Source: Iphione sp. A-MEVVRFRX5
Lineage: Eukaryota
Reading direction: 5' to 3'
NCBI GenBank assembly: GCA_976226885.1
Contig: OZ320316.1
Coordinates: 89,404,001-89,468,000 of the forward strand
DNA: 64,000 bases
Shown piece after piece: positions 44,493-56,756 of the stretch. The number at the start of each line of letters is the position of its first letter. Positions within the stretch are counted from its first letter, which is position 1. The notes under the pieces were generated by a model, which had not been told where the DNA came from, searched no databases, and saw only the letters and a program-made list of their open reading frames with translations. Both the position numbers and the translations under genes were made by a program.

Positions 44493-47400
44493 CAGTTTAA
44501 TTTTTGTACTGATAACACGATATTTCTGTATCTCTCATGGGTACATGTTTTGCGAAGACTGTCTTTGTATTTGTATCTTCATTATTCATTTTATATGACA
44601 AATGAAATCTCTCGAAGATGGATGTCATTATAAAAGTATCGCTCAGAACAATGACAAAGGCAATTTTACGAGCAGACACAGATACTAAAATAGGAGTTGT
44701 CACCCCTGAGAATATCTAGGATGGAAATTGGACACAGCCTGATGTACCCTACCAAATATCCGTACTCTTGTGTCAAAATTATTCTCATCTTTCAGGGAGG
44801 ATCCTTATATTTCAGACAGAGTCATTTTTCATTGTACCTAGTCAGATGCATTGTCATAGCTACATTGATGAGGTCGAAGGAATTTCAGGCTATGTGTTCA
44901 TATGGCAGATACTAGCATCCTTTCTAAAACATCCATGGAAGTGGTAGAGTGGACGAAATGCATCTACACGAAGGTGACAAATTAAATAATCACACTATAT
45001 AGTCACTAAAATTAATGGAGGCTGCCACTTAAACCACTGTTATAACTGCAACCTGTACAAAAAGCACTCCATGCTATGGCTACCTTATCGATGACACTTT
45101 CATTAAATGGACGGGGGGGGGATAAAAGTCTGGCATGCATTCGTGGATTTCCTAACATGCTTTCACCCTACTATTCAATCTATACACGAGATCTCACAAC
45201 ATAAATCATATTTGTCGTTATCCGGATTTGTAAGGTCCAATACGAATGCGTACCTAGATGCACCTTTTGTAGCTGTTGCCAGCATGGAACAGTGGGTGTG
45301 GGGGGCTTTATGGAACAAATCTGTTTTTGTGTAACTGTAACATTTCGGTATTATCTAAAATATTGACAAAATCTACGAATTCTTGAAAGTGGTCAGTAAT
45401 CTTGTAATCTATAGTGAAGTAGTTGTTAACGTGTAAGTGTTGTAAGCATGTAGTAATTACAGCCTATAGAAATCAGTTGTAAGAGGGCCAGTAGTCAGCA
45501 CTACAGTTATTAGTCAGTTAAGTAATCAATGGTCTACTGGCTAAACATTCAGAGGTTTATAGTTCAGATATCCAGGAGAATAATGACAAAGCAAGGTAGG
45601 TACCCTCATCGACACGTTGCGCAAGTTAGAGACCTTGAAGCATAGTGGTAGAGTGTAGCGACATTACATAAAAGAATATAGAAGGATACAGAAGGAATGC
45701 AGAATACAAATGTACATGTATAAGGAACGACAGCACTTAATAGATGAAAATCAAAATTGATCAGTTTAAAGTGCAAAATGATTGTCTTTGGATAATTTTT
45801 ACTATGCTTATCAATATAGAATGGATATTTATCAGACATGTAAGGAAAAAAAGAATAAAATGTCATGTGTGTTTAAAGTCCAAAAGAAGGACGAGACAAT
45901 GTCAGACATGCCCACGCGTAAACAGAAAAGAAAAGGCATTGTTCTTTGCAGAAGTCACATTAGTAGACCTGAAAACAACGTTGTATTTTTTAAAAACACT
46001 TCGGAAAATGCAGGAATAATTGCAAGTAATAATCCGATCAGAATCATCATATTTTGGACGCTCAAAAGGGCAGTTCGGTCAAGTACAGCGAGATACAGCG
46101 GCCCACTCGTATTGTGGTAAACCTTTACAGAGGTGCATCATTATAGTTCTGTTTATACGACTTGCAAAAATAGCTACCTCACAACTTGAGGTTTTCAACG
46201 AGGCTGAATTTGCGATGAAGTCAAAGACACTAATCCATATATTTTTATTGATAATAGCACAGAACATATCAACTATCACGCGTAAATAATATGATCACAT
46301 TCTGTGGTGGATGTTCAAACTATTCGTTACATGGGAAAGTAATGCTAGCACTATTATTCCGAAAACGAGGGTGCAATTTTAAATTTTAATCTCCAGTCTT
46401 ATATAATTAGAAATGTACACCTATATCTGTAAAGAGCTTTAAAATGCCTTAATCATAATACAAATAGGACCTAACCAAGAATACAATTATAAACACTTAT
46501 TCAATATTGTGATGAGAGCGGTCGATCAAATTATTGGTCAATAGTTGATGTGTTAAGGCGTAAAATGCAATTAATAGTATATAAAGGCATTCTTTGCTAG
46601 TCAGTTTATCAAGCAGGAAAAAATTATTCAGTTACATGCGATACGCATATTATGCAGAAGTTAGATCATATTCTTGCTCCTTATCAATCATTATTAAGAG
46701 AAAATCTTCATCTGTATAAGATTGAGGAACAAGTCTCTCTCTGCATATGTGTGTATGTGTGTGTGCTTCCCTTTCTGCAGAATTCTGCCAATCATCCAAC
46801 ACCGTCTTTTCGACGGTACGTGGAACCCTCCGTCGAAATACATGTACACCGGGTATATATTTCCGAATGATCTGCTCTCATAAATTATTTAACTCTGAAA
46901 CATCACCACCTGCTAGGAAACACGGTGCTAGTCGGCCATCTCGAAGCTGTTCGAAATATCCAGACTCTTCCCTAAATTTAGATCCCGCCGATTAGCCCTA
47001 TTAACCGTCACTGCCACAGCTAAAGTATAAACCAAAAGGTCGACATTGTTGTAATTTCGATTATGTCGCATTTTTTTTTAGCACAAAATGCTGCTACATT
47101 TCCCAAGTGCTCCTTGTCATCATTTGATACGTTACCTTCTGTTTTTGTGTTTCATGATGATTGTCTTATCAATAGGGCTAAGCCATAAGCTATATATTTT
47201 GGTTTGTATTTTGGTGCTGATTTCGATACAAGCCAGTCTCACCACTGCCTATGATGTATTGTCAGGATAGATAGATACATACTGAACCCGTTTATCCCAG
47301 AGATGTGCCTAGACAACGTCGCTTTACTGTACTGTCCGCATAGCTACACTTGTAAACCACACCCAAGCTCCCCAGGTTTTGGACCAAGGTTATCCTCTAA

Positions 47401-49162
47401 CATGCATCATTTTTAATGTCTCAGCTCCGAACATTATTTCCCGGCAAACAATGTGACAAACCCGGTCGCATGTTTAAGTGTTAAATTCAACCTTGCAAAT
47501 TGGATGGTGTTGAGGACGGGCGGCGTGCAAGGCCCGAGCAGAGTGTCAGCCGAGTGCGAGATGTAGACCAAAGTGATTGGCGCTGCCACACGAATCAATA
47601 CGACGCTCAGCGTTCGCAGCGACTCTCAGCACCCGAGCGGGAACACCAGCGTCTCTACGGTGGCGGCGGTGGCGGCAGACACACGTGGGGAAAGGGAGGC
47701 AAAGAGAGAGCAAGAGGGCTCCAAACATCACCTTCGGGCGACAACACTACAAAACACATACTCATTTTCATGGTTGTGGTGCCATCGAAGGAGCCAAGAT
47801 CACCTTTGTGTGATAGTTTGGCCACACAACACGCTGGAAGAGAAATCACCTGTGGCCGACAGGAAGGAGCGTTATCGGGCCATGATAAGCTATCTGTATC
47901 AAGCGCGTCGCGGCAGCACTGTGGTTGCTGACACAGGGAGGGAAGGAGCAATTCACGGCCAACTCGTAGCAAGTCAGAGGAGCAGCACACCTATTCATCC
48001 ACATGAAAATGAACATATGAACACACACTCCGGTACCCTCATACACACGCCTTTGCTCTGATAGCACAAACATTCATGAAAAGGACTACCGGCTGTCTTG
48101 CGCTGATATCGTTCTTGAAACTGGAACGGTTGCCATATAATCAAACAGGGAATGCTTGTACAATTTATTACAGGCCAGTGCTGCTGAAGGCTCCTTGACC
48201 ACGTGTTACAAGCAGACCTTCGGTGTATTTGTCATTCCAGGAGCACTACATATCACCGGCAACTTGGCCAAGCTCGATGCCCACGTCTCCACGGGACGCC
48301 CTCCGAGTAGCGCATGCATGAAAAATCAAGAGAACCTTTCAGTTGAGAGGTTAAGTATTACTCGGGCAACAAGGACCACCACCTGGGAACGAATATCCAT
48401 CGCATGTATCCTTCAAAGCATTGCCTGCATGTGATGTAAGTACATGTATACCCTATCCCGTCAAGATGTACAACACGACCTCGATGAATTATTCTCTGTA
48501 TTTTCCTGGTATTTCTTATCAAGACGTGTAGGCAGTATTGGCTGTGGTTCCTGCTGTTTAGCTGTGCAAACAGTACGATCCCGAGCAATGATCGATCAGG
48601 TTCATTGTTTGACACCTCAGTAATGAATCGTTAATGGATGGTCAAAAACAACGCTCCGCCTTGAGCAGTTGCAAGATGCTTCACGTAGCCAAGGAGGAAA
48701 GGTGAATAAGCCTGACGCCCCATAAGATGAAGAGAGAGCACTCTGCCTTTGGAATCACTTTGCGACTTCTACTCATATTTTCCTGTTTGTAGCATAGATG
48801 AAAACGAGTATTATTGCGGGTTGCTTAATATTATGAAATTCATATGATGGGTACATGTCTGTAATTTGTTCTGTTTTCTTCCACCATCATTTACTGTCTC
48901 GTTACAGATACATAGTTGGAATCCCATTACAATGAGACAGGAGGGGTGCAAGAATGTCAGCCTTTCTGCCGATAGAAGGATGTTTCACGCTATGATGAGC
49001 ACATTCAAGCCATAAATGTCACATATCACCCCCTTGAGGTGATGCGAAAACACTGCTGCTGTCTCACACACAAATTCTTCGTCCATTTGTAAGCAACACC
49101 GGAACAGGATCCAAAGCGGTCACTACTATATTCAACTGTCAAAAGTGAAATATAACACCACA

Positions 49163-49540
49163 ATGCAGCGACCCCGTGTCGATGTTCTACAGCCCCCACC
49201 TAAGACCATAAAGTGTCCCTCAAAGGCCTGCTTTTGTATCATCTTGACAGTGTGGCAGGCCATCGCTGTCATCACCCTCATTGTGACTGGAGTCATCTTT
49301 CTAAAACCATTCGTCCGCATCGCACGCTATGATGAAGCCACTTGTAAAGTGGAGAGCGCATTCTACACCACGCAGTACCTATGCGACTGTCCTGGCACGG
49401 GCTGTAAATCACTGTACCCTTGTCTTCTTGTTCATGTCAGCGTCAACCTCAGTGATGGTCAGACATGGACGGTGGCCCTCTACAGCGATGATCGCCATCA
49501 GAATCGGGTTCATGAGGAGGCATATAATGGGCTGCAGCGG
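49163..49540 (+). CDS. KCNMB: Coding exon 1 of a calcium-activated K+ (BK) channel beta-subunit-like protein (CaKB family; about 292 aa in total)
   Basis: Short N-terminus, TM1 (CIILTVWQAIAVITLIVTGVIFLKPF), then ATCKV and CDCPGTGCKSLYPCLLVHV, resembling the beta-subunit CxFxCGxxC...YPCLQVxV motif. Phase-0 donor CGG|GTAGGT. The symbol is family-level only; orthology is not established. Confidence 0.82.
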
Positions 49541-50272
49541 GTAGGTAGCTGTTTGCATAATACACCTTAATGAAGCGATTTATCTCGGCATAAATCCTGG
49601 CAGCATTAAAATTTAACACCAGTATATCAGCGTTAGGCGTATGGTATTCACTGACAAAATGTTCTCAGTTTTAACCTGGTAATATCATGTATATATTTTA
49701 TACACCATGTACAGCAAACTGTCATAATTTCGTACGTAGCCTTTTCTACTTACTAGACTTTACGAATAAATTTCTCTTAGGTATGAAGAAGGATTTAGGA
49801 GATTTAAACTATTCAAGGCATAGCCGAGTATGTGTTTGTGAAAATACGCAAACACTAGGTCGAAGGACCTTCAGTAACTATACCTGAGCTGCTATCACTG
49901 TCCATTTCTGAAGTTACCGTTTAAGATTCGGGTTGACTTTGAAGCAAGGGATAAGAAGGCACTCTTGCCTAAAAGATGCAGGAATCAAGAACGTATCGCT
50001 ATACTAGCATACACCCAATAACATCGCCTTTCCAAAGGTATTTAACACACAGAAGCACGGCAGGGATGGTCAACTGTCATTCAAAGGCATAGACTCATAA
50101 TTACAGGCATTTGGCGTCTAACCGAACGTGGGAAGGAAATGCACAGACCCTCAAACCACTCAAGTAAGAAGTATCGATTAGGGTTGGGAAAGAACGACGT
50201 AGACATGTAGTTGTTGGTTATTCACAATACTATGTCCAGTAGATTACATAGGCCCAAACAACATAGCTGTAG

Positions 50273-51070
50273 TTAGCCCCCCCCCCTCAAATAGGTGTGT
50301 TTCTTGTTATGACCAGCCAAAACCTAGGTAGGGAGGGGCAAAGCTTTCAAAAATGTTTTTTTTACTTTATTCCTTTGGTTTTCAGCAATACCAAAGACAA
50401 TATAAAAAGGGCCTTGCATGGGTCAGTCTCATCATTACATACTTTGCACATAGAATACACGGATTAACACTTCTCACAATAGTAACAAATAGCATATAAG
50501 CCAATGGAAGAGCCATCACATTTAGTTATCATTGGGCCTGCCAGGTCATCTGTCTAAAATAGGTTACAAAAATCATTTGTACTCTTTGCAAATAATTTAC
50601 ATTGCTTTACTTAATTTTAAGATTTAAAGTCTATTTTATATTTCCCTGGAACAGTTCCCTCCTTCTCTGTCTCTTACCTAAATTGTGACTTTCATTAGAT
50701 GTGTGTTTTTACAGCTATAGCTATGTGTATTTTAGGGAACTATAGATCATACCACGACTAGCTGTTTCCTTATTCATGTACTATGTAGTATGTTCAGTAC
50801 CTGTGGCATGTTTTCATATATATGTGCCTTCATGTTGTTGGATTGGAAAGGTTCCCATTTTTCAAAGCCATGTATTCATGTTTTGGACAGTAGTATTGGT
50901 AAAGTAGGATTGAAATGACCTATGTTTCATGCACAAATCAAGATATTTCCTCACATTTTCTCATTTTTCCGCACATCTGTTCAGAAGCTTTGACCATTTT
51001 TCTGCCAAATTTGCACGGATGTCACCATTTTTCAGTGGAATGGGTAACCAGAAACACACCTATTTCTTTT
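50273..51070. mobile_element. Non-autonomous TIR element (MITE), copy A
   Basis: Left end AATAGGTGTGTTTCTTGTTA...CCTAGGTAGGGAGGGG, right end GGTAACCAGAAACACACCTATT. The interior is collinear with 55106-55745. Confidence 0.75.
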
Positions 51071-51130
51071 GTAGAATCATGCATGTATGTGTTAGCTTCT
51101 ATAGTATGTCCCTATTCCCTCATGCATTTG

Positions 51131-51492
51131 TTAGGCCCCCTCCTAAAAATAGGTGTGTTTCTGGTAATGACCAACCAAAAGCCTAGGTAGGGAGGGGGAT
51201 TTCGTTTTGTTTTTTTTTTATTTTTTTTCCACAGTGTTCCTCTGGTTTTCAATAATAATAAAGACAATATAAAGAAGTTTGACCAATTTGCATGAGTTTT
51301 ACATTTTTTTATGTATTTTCATGGATTTTGTTGTTTTTCTACAGAATTTACCAAAAGTATGCACCATGAAAACACATATCTAAGGAAATTCAGCCTCAGA
51401 ATCTCTTTGGGGCTAAAAATTTTTAGGTAGGGTGAGGTTTTACTAGGTAGGGGTGGGTTACCAGAAACACACCTATTATTTTTTTGGCCTTA
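51131..51492. mobile_element. MITE copy B (short), same TIR family
   Basis: TTAGGCC...AATAGGTGTGTTTCTGGTAA at the left and TTACCAGAAACACACCTATTATTTTTTTGGCCTTA at the right. Confidence 0.8.
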
Positions 51493-53309
51493 GATGAGGT
51501 TACTCACATCAAAGAAGGGTTTGGGACCTGCTTGCCACAACATTATCATTTGAAGTATCATAGCTATATATTCATATTACAAGGGTTTGACCTGTATGGA
51601 CCATGTTCCCCTACTATCAGTAGCATGTTATTAGCCATTAGGTTGAAAGCAGGAACATGCGTATGGAAAGAAATATGCTGATCTCTCCTTTGTTTGTATA
51701 GCTATCATCTTCAAATAAATCTTTTTCTGGAGTCCACAGTACTAAGCATTCCATGTAATTTGCAAAGATGTAGGTGTATTAGAGTTTTCATGTAAAATTC
51801 TAAGAATTACGCCCGTCAGTTTGGGGGTTACTATGCCATAGATGTAAGGTATATATGATGACAAAGTCAAGGCTAAGCTCGCAGCAGTTGGTCCCTCTCA
51901 ATGAGCAAGGAAGCAATAAGAAATTTGGCATCAGTGCTGTGGGCATGCGTGGTCTTTGATATTTATTTTAACTTGCATCATATTCATAGACAAAACCAGC
52001 CATGGCTTTAAATCGTGTTTCATGATGTCATGTTTTAATAAAAGGGTATAACCTCTCACTATTGCAGTAGTGTTTGGAACCAGAGGATTATGCCTACAAT
52101 GGCACGAAACCAGAACAGTAACTGCATTTGTATCAATTACACTTATTTTTGACCAGGAAGTTTAACGGATTAATAAGGGTTAGTGGAACAGTGAGGTGTC
52201 ACTGCTTTAATTGTAGTTTAGGGAGTATTTACTAAATAGCAGGATGCTAGTGAAGACAAATATGCTCCTTACTGAAACTAGGGATATCAGCTTTTAGAGA
52301 GATGGACTCCATTTAGAAGCACATTTATCCCGTATAATCTGTATAAGGACATGCAGACATAGTTGTGAACATGTTAGAGCTGAGTAACCAATAGGACGCC
52401 AAGCCCGATAAGACCGGACTTTCAGGGCTATTGAGAATTGCTCATTAGCCATTATCAAATCATATCTTCTGTTGGAGGGAGAGGCAATCAGAGGTCCAGT
52501 TTCACATCGCATTTGGCTGTAACCACTTGGCAACAAACCAAATAGGTCTTTCTGCTTCGTTGAGCGCACAAGAACATGCTTTGATCCCATAATATGAGAA
52601 CGGATCCAGACAAGCAACCAACTTTTGTCTTCTGTTCCATCTCGCCCTAGATTCTGCCTGAAATGAAGCGTGTCACAGGCAGCATGGAGACAGACTGACA
52701 AGATTGGTTGTATGTCAGCAGCTTTTTATGACTGTAACATGCATGTTTAACTTTTTACGGTCTCTGCAACAACAGCCTATATTCCTGACCTATACCTGAA
52801 CAATGTAACAATGTTGGATGTAGCCACAGATGTAGCCCGTCGTGTCAGACAAATCTGTTTGAAACAGCCACCTAGAAAAAGTGCCTTTTAAATGGTAGTA
52901 AATTGGCTATTGTGTGGGGTCCTGGTGCCTATGGCCTTGTTGGACTTGTGTATGGTTTTCCCTCTTGTCCGTACACAGCGTACCCGATCCAGGTCCAAAA
53001 AACGGCTGCTGCTCAAGTAGTGCCTCCCCAAACACTCCGCCTACACACAAACAAAATATGGATAATCAAATATGCGGCACACTCGACGGTCCTCCCTTCG
53101 TTCCCGCTGTTGAGGCGGCAAGCCTGGACCACAAATCCAAAGGTTTTGGATGGCGAGGTCGTCTTCCAGTTTCCGGACGAATTGAAAGGGGCTAGCATGG
53201 CGTCCTGTTGACGTCGCCTGAAGGAACGACTGCGGCATGTTTGGCGGCTCCTCAAAGCTGGCCAGCTTAAGTGGATTCTTGAGACAGCTTCAGAGAAAGG
53301 CTTAATTTG

Positions 53310-53323
53310 GTTACCATGGTAAC
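53310..53323. promoter_or_regulatory. Perfect RFX-type X-box palindrome
   Basis: GTTACCATGGTAAC in a CpG-rich intronic patch; matches the GTNRCC-N-RGYAAC consensus. Confidence 0.5.
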
Positions 53324-55105
53324 GAGAAGATAAAAGTACTAGGCGAACAGGTTGCCGTCCCGGGCGCTCGATATTGGATGCAGGGTTGAGACCTGGAGAC
53401 ATAATCTCCCGGTGAGAAATGTGAGCGAGCAGAAACAGGGTCTTATCGGGCGCCACGAGCGCTGCAAGCTGCCTCGGGCACAGCGCCTGCAGTCTTTCAC
53501 TTTCTAAAACAGCAGCTGTTCGGATTGACATTTGAAGCACCGACACCTGAAATTTTGTTTTACAAATGACACTTTGACGGCATTGGCCTATTAAAACATC
53601 CATACGGATCTTGGCGACATGACATAATTAATACCCAAATAAACAGTATTACATGACGGACCCGAACACATACATATCAGTTAATGGGAAAATGGATTTC
53701 GATAACATAGGACGAATAGTGCTCATTCGTTGTTTTATCACGTGCATACACAAGCAACATCTGTTCCAGGTTTCGTTCTTCGCTCGTAGCCCGAATTCCT
53801 AACCTTCTTGTTGGCCTTCCTTCTTACATGTAGTGACCAATACTAATCCGTCAGTTTAAGTTGCTCGAGAGACAGATGCCTTCGTTTCTCTCTAAGCAGG
53901 CGGTGGGTGCGTCGCCATCTTCCATATATAAAACATATTTGATGTTGACGGGAGCCCGCGTGCGCGCCGTCATACAGAGGCCAAACTCCCACCGAGTGAC
54001 TCATGGCTAAAAACGAGAGACATGTAGCTCGCGCCGCCAAGTGGTACCACATGAGAATCAAGCTACTGCGGTTTCTACAGTAGGACAAGAAAAAACATGG
54101 TCGCACGCTCAAAATGCAGACGCAACTTGCTTTCCTACAAGAACACTGGCCTCGAACGCATGCTGTGATTGCGGTCTTCGGCTGGCGATTCTTCTCGCAC
54201 AAATTGCCTCTTGAAATAGAATCGATCGCCATGACAGACCCTGTTGAAAATAGCGTCGGTCCAACGGAGCATAAGCTTGCAGTAAAAAAAGTGCTAGATA
54301 AGATGCCACCGTACGTGCAAGTGTCTGTGTAAGAGGGGGGGGGGAGATTAATGTGCATGTGAAACAGATAGGCCTGTTTCCTTTTAGTCCTTCCATCGCT
54401 CTTGTCCGTATGATGCTTATATTGCATTGCTCATTCAAGGATGTTTGAACGTTATAAATCACCAAACAGGAGGGAAAAACTGTTGGCACTAGCCAACGAC
54501 ACTTACCGGAACCAAGCGTGGTGTATCGCAACAAAATATTCTCAACATGAAAACCATCGTCCTCTGAGATGTTTTTTCTTATAATATAGAATACATGCTG
54601 AATTCCTGCAGAGGCTCACAGATCTATAGGTCTATATCTGTGCAGCAGTTTTTGCATTCGGAACAAATGGTTAGCTGAAACTTTCTTACCTGGACTGAGA
54701 TCAAGTTATATGTTTTTGGTCTTGTTGGAATTATTGTTTGGTTAAAACTATCTTTGTCTGAAAATGAACAAGTTGTTTTTACGGTGTGTTCCTAAAAAGA
54801 TGATTTCTCTTTCAGTCGCCCTAGGTAATGGCGGCACGAATCCAAAATAAAAATCCGTTTATCTCTACCTCCGTCGCTCTACTATATCCTACAGTGTATG
54901 ATGGGCAAGAGATACACTTTCAGATAAACAGACAGTGTATGCATATTCGTGACAAGCCAGGGAAAAGGAGTGCCACAGTGTAAACCCATAGGCACTAATC
55001 TTTGGGCATCATTTGGTGCAAAGATTCGTGACCAGCCAGGAATAAAGGGTACTCCCGCATAAAACAAGGGACTCTAATCTTTGGGCATCATTTGGTGCAA
55101 AGATT

Positions 55106-55745
55106 GGGCAAAAAAGTAGGAGTTTTTCTGGTTATTACCAGCCAAAAACCTAGGTAGGGAGGGGAGGAGTTTTTTACTTGCTTCTCCTAGCTTTAAACAA
55201 TGATAAATACAATCTGAAGAAGGCCTTGCATGGCTGAGTTTCATCACTACATGCCTTGTTCATAGCATACACAGACTGACACTTTTCTAAAAGAAATTTA
55301 CTCCTTTCTGCATTTGAGCCAGCACAATAGAAATAAAAATCATACCAGATAATAGAAGAGCCATCACATGTCACCTCTCTAAAATTGACTAAAAAGTTAC
55401 TTGTTCTCTGTGGAAATAATTTATAGTTCTTTATTAAATTTTAAGGTTTAAAGTCCTCTCCTTACCTGAATTGTGAATTTCCTTAGGTATGTGTTTTCAT
55501 GGCCATAATGGCATGTTTTTATGGGAAGTATGGATCATAACAAGTAATGTTTCCTTACATGTACACCATGCAGTGAGTATGATATAGCATGTATTTAGGT
55601 GCTTGCCAATGTGGTTTTAGATTGGAAAGGCTCCAATTGTTCATCGCTATATACACGTTTTGAACAACAGTATAGGAAAGCTAAGATTGAAATGGCCTTG
55701 TTATTCATGAAAAAAAACCCAGAAACAAGCCTATTTTTTGGGGGG
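55106..55745. mobile_element. MITE copy C (diverged), same family as 50273-51070
   Basis: Shares cctaggtagggagggg, ggccttgcatgg, gaagagccatcacat, gattggaaagg and gattgaaat in the same order, and ends CCAGAAACAAGCCTATTTTTTGGGG. Confidence 0.7.
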
Positions 55746-56689
55746 TGGGTTGTGTAAATACTCTTTCTAGATCCAGAGATATGTCAATTCAAGGTTGATA
55801 TAACCATTCATTCAAAACGGTATTATTTAATGCTTAATGTATTCTTTGACACTTTATAGTATAAAACATCTAGATGCTGTGAAATATGTGAATCAATCTT
55901 GATTTCTAACTATTACACAGAATCAGTTCTAGAGAAGATATTTTTGACCGAACATTATTCATATTTCTAGATTATATAAGCTTTTAAAACAATCCTTATT
56001 TTTTTCAATATGGTAACCTAATGTATATATTAATGTAAATTAGCTCATTTACATATCTGGTCACATAGCTCAAACCTTCTTTATAAAATATAAACATTTG
56101 CTAAAACTAATTTAAGAAACAGATTCTTCATGAAAAATTAGTAAACAGAGGTTTTTCCTCCATTTTGGGCCTTTAATATGGTTATTTGACATTCTGATTG
56201 AGATGCATTGGATACCCTTTTCTCATCGCTATTTCACTGCTACTTTACATTATCAAGTCTGAATGTCGTTTTAGAGTATGTTTTTAGAACAAATGGGAAA
56301 AACATCTTAAGATTACAGAATGACACATGATTAATTGGTGTTAGAAACTCTTATCGGATAAACCTCTGTTTATATTCAGGATTTTAAGACTGGCACAAGC
56401 TGATCAACGTACAGTACAGTTATATATATTGTCAAATCAACAATGCTTCCAAGAGAGGAAGTCAGTTTTTTCAATTGAATGAAAATTAATTGGAAAATTT
56501 GCAGCTACGATAGTGAGTATCGTGGATGTGGCAGCGTTTCTACCCATGGTGAGTTTTCCGTACTTCCATGGCCATCGTCATAGTGTAGGAATTTCCAGTG
56601 TTCGCTGGAGAATCCGGGAATTACCACAGGGAGAAGCAATAGGGGGCTGAGGACACTGGTGACATCAGTTAGAGCGAACTGTTCCAGTA

Positions 56690-56756
56690 GGAGTTCCCCA
56701 GGGTTCCATACTGAGGCCCCTTCTGTTTACTATAATGATCTATGGTCTCGCTGACA
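56690..56756 (+). pseudogene. Tiny CR1/L2-type RT fragment
   Basis: Translates as GVPQGSILRPLLFTIMIYGLAD, matching RT motif GVPQGSILGPLLFxIYINDL. Confidence 0.6.

Noticed and set aside
47500-48073. Overlapping ORFs of 143-162 aa in a GC-rich patch
   Set aside because: ORFs are open in several frames because of GC content and have no motifs. The patch is more likely the promoter or 5' UTR region of the KCNMB-like gene about 1.1 kb downstream.
53013-54534. ORFs 53013..53603, 53843..54427 and 54109..54534 as proteins
   Set aside because: They are Arg/Ser/Cys-rich, motif-free translations typical of GC-rich non-coding DNA.
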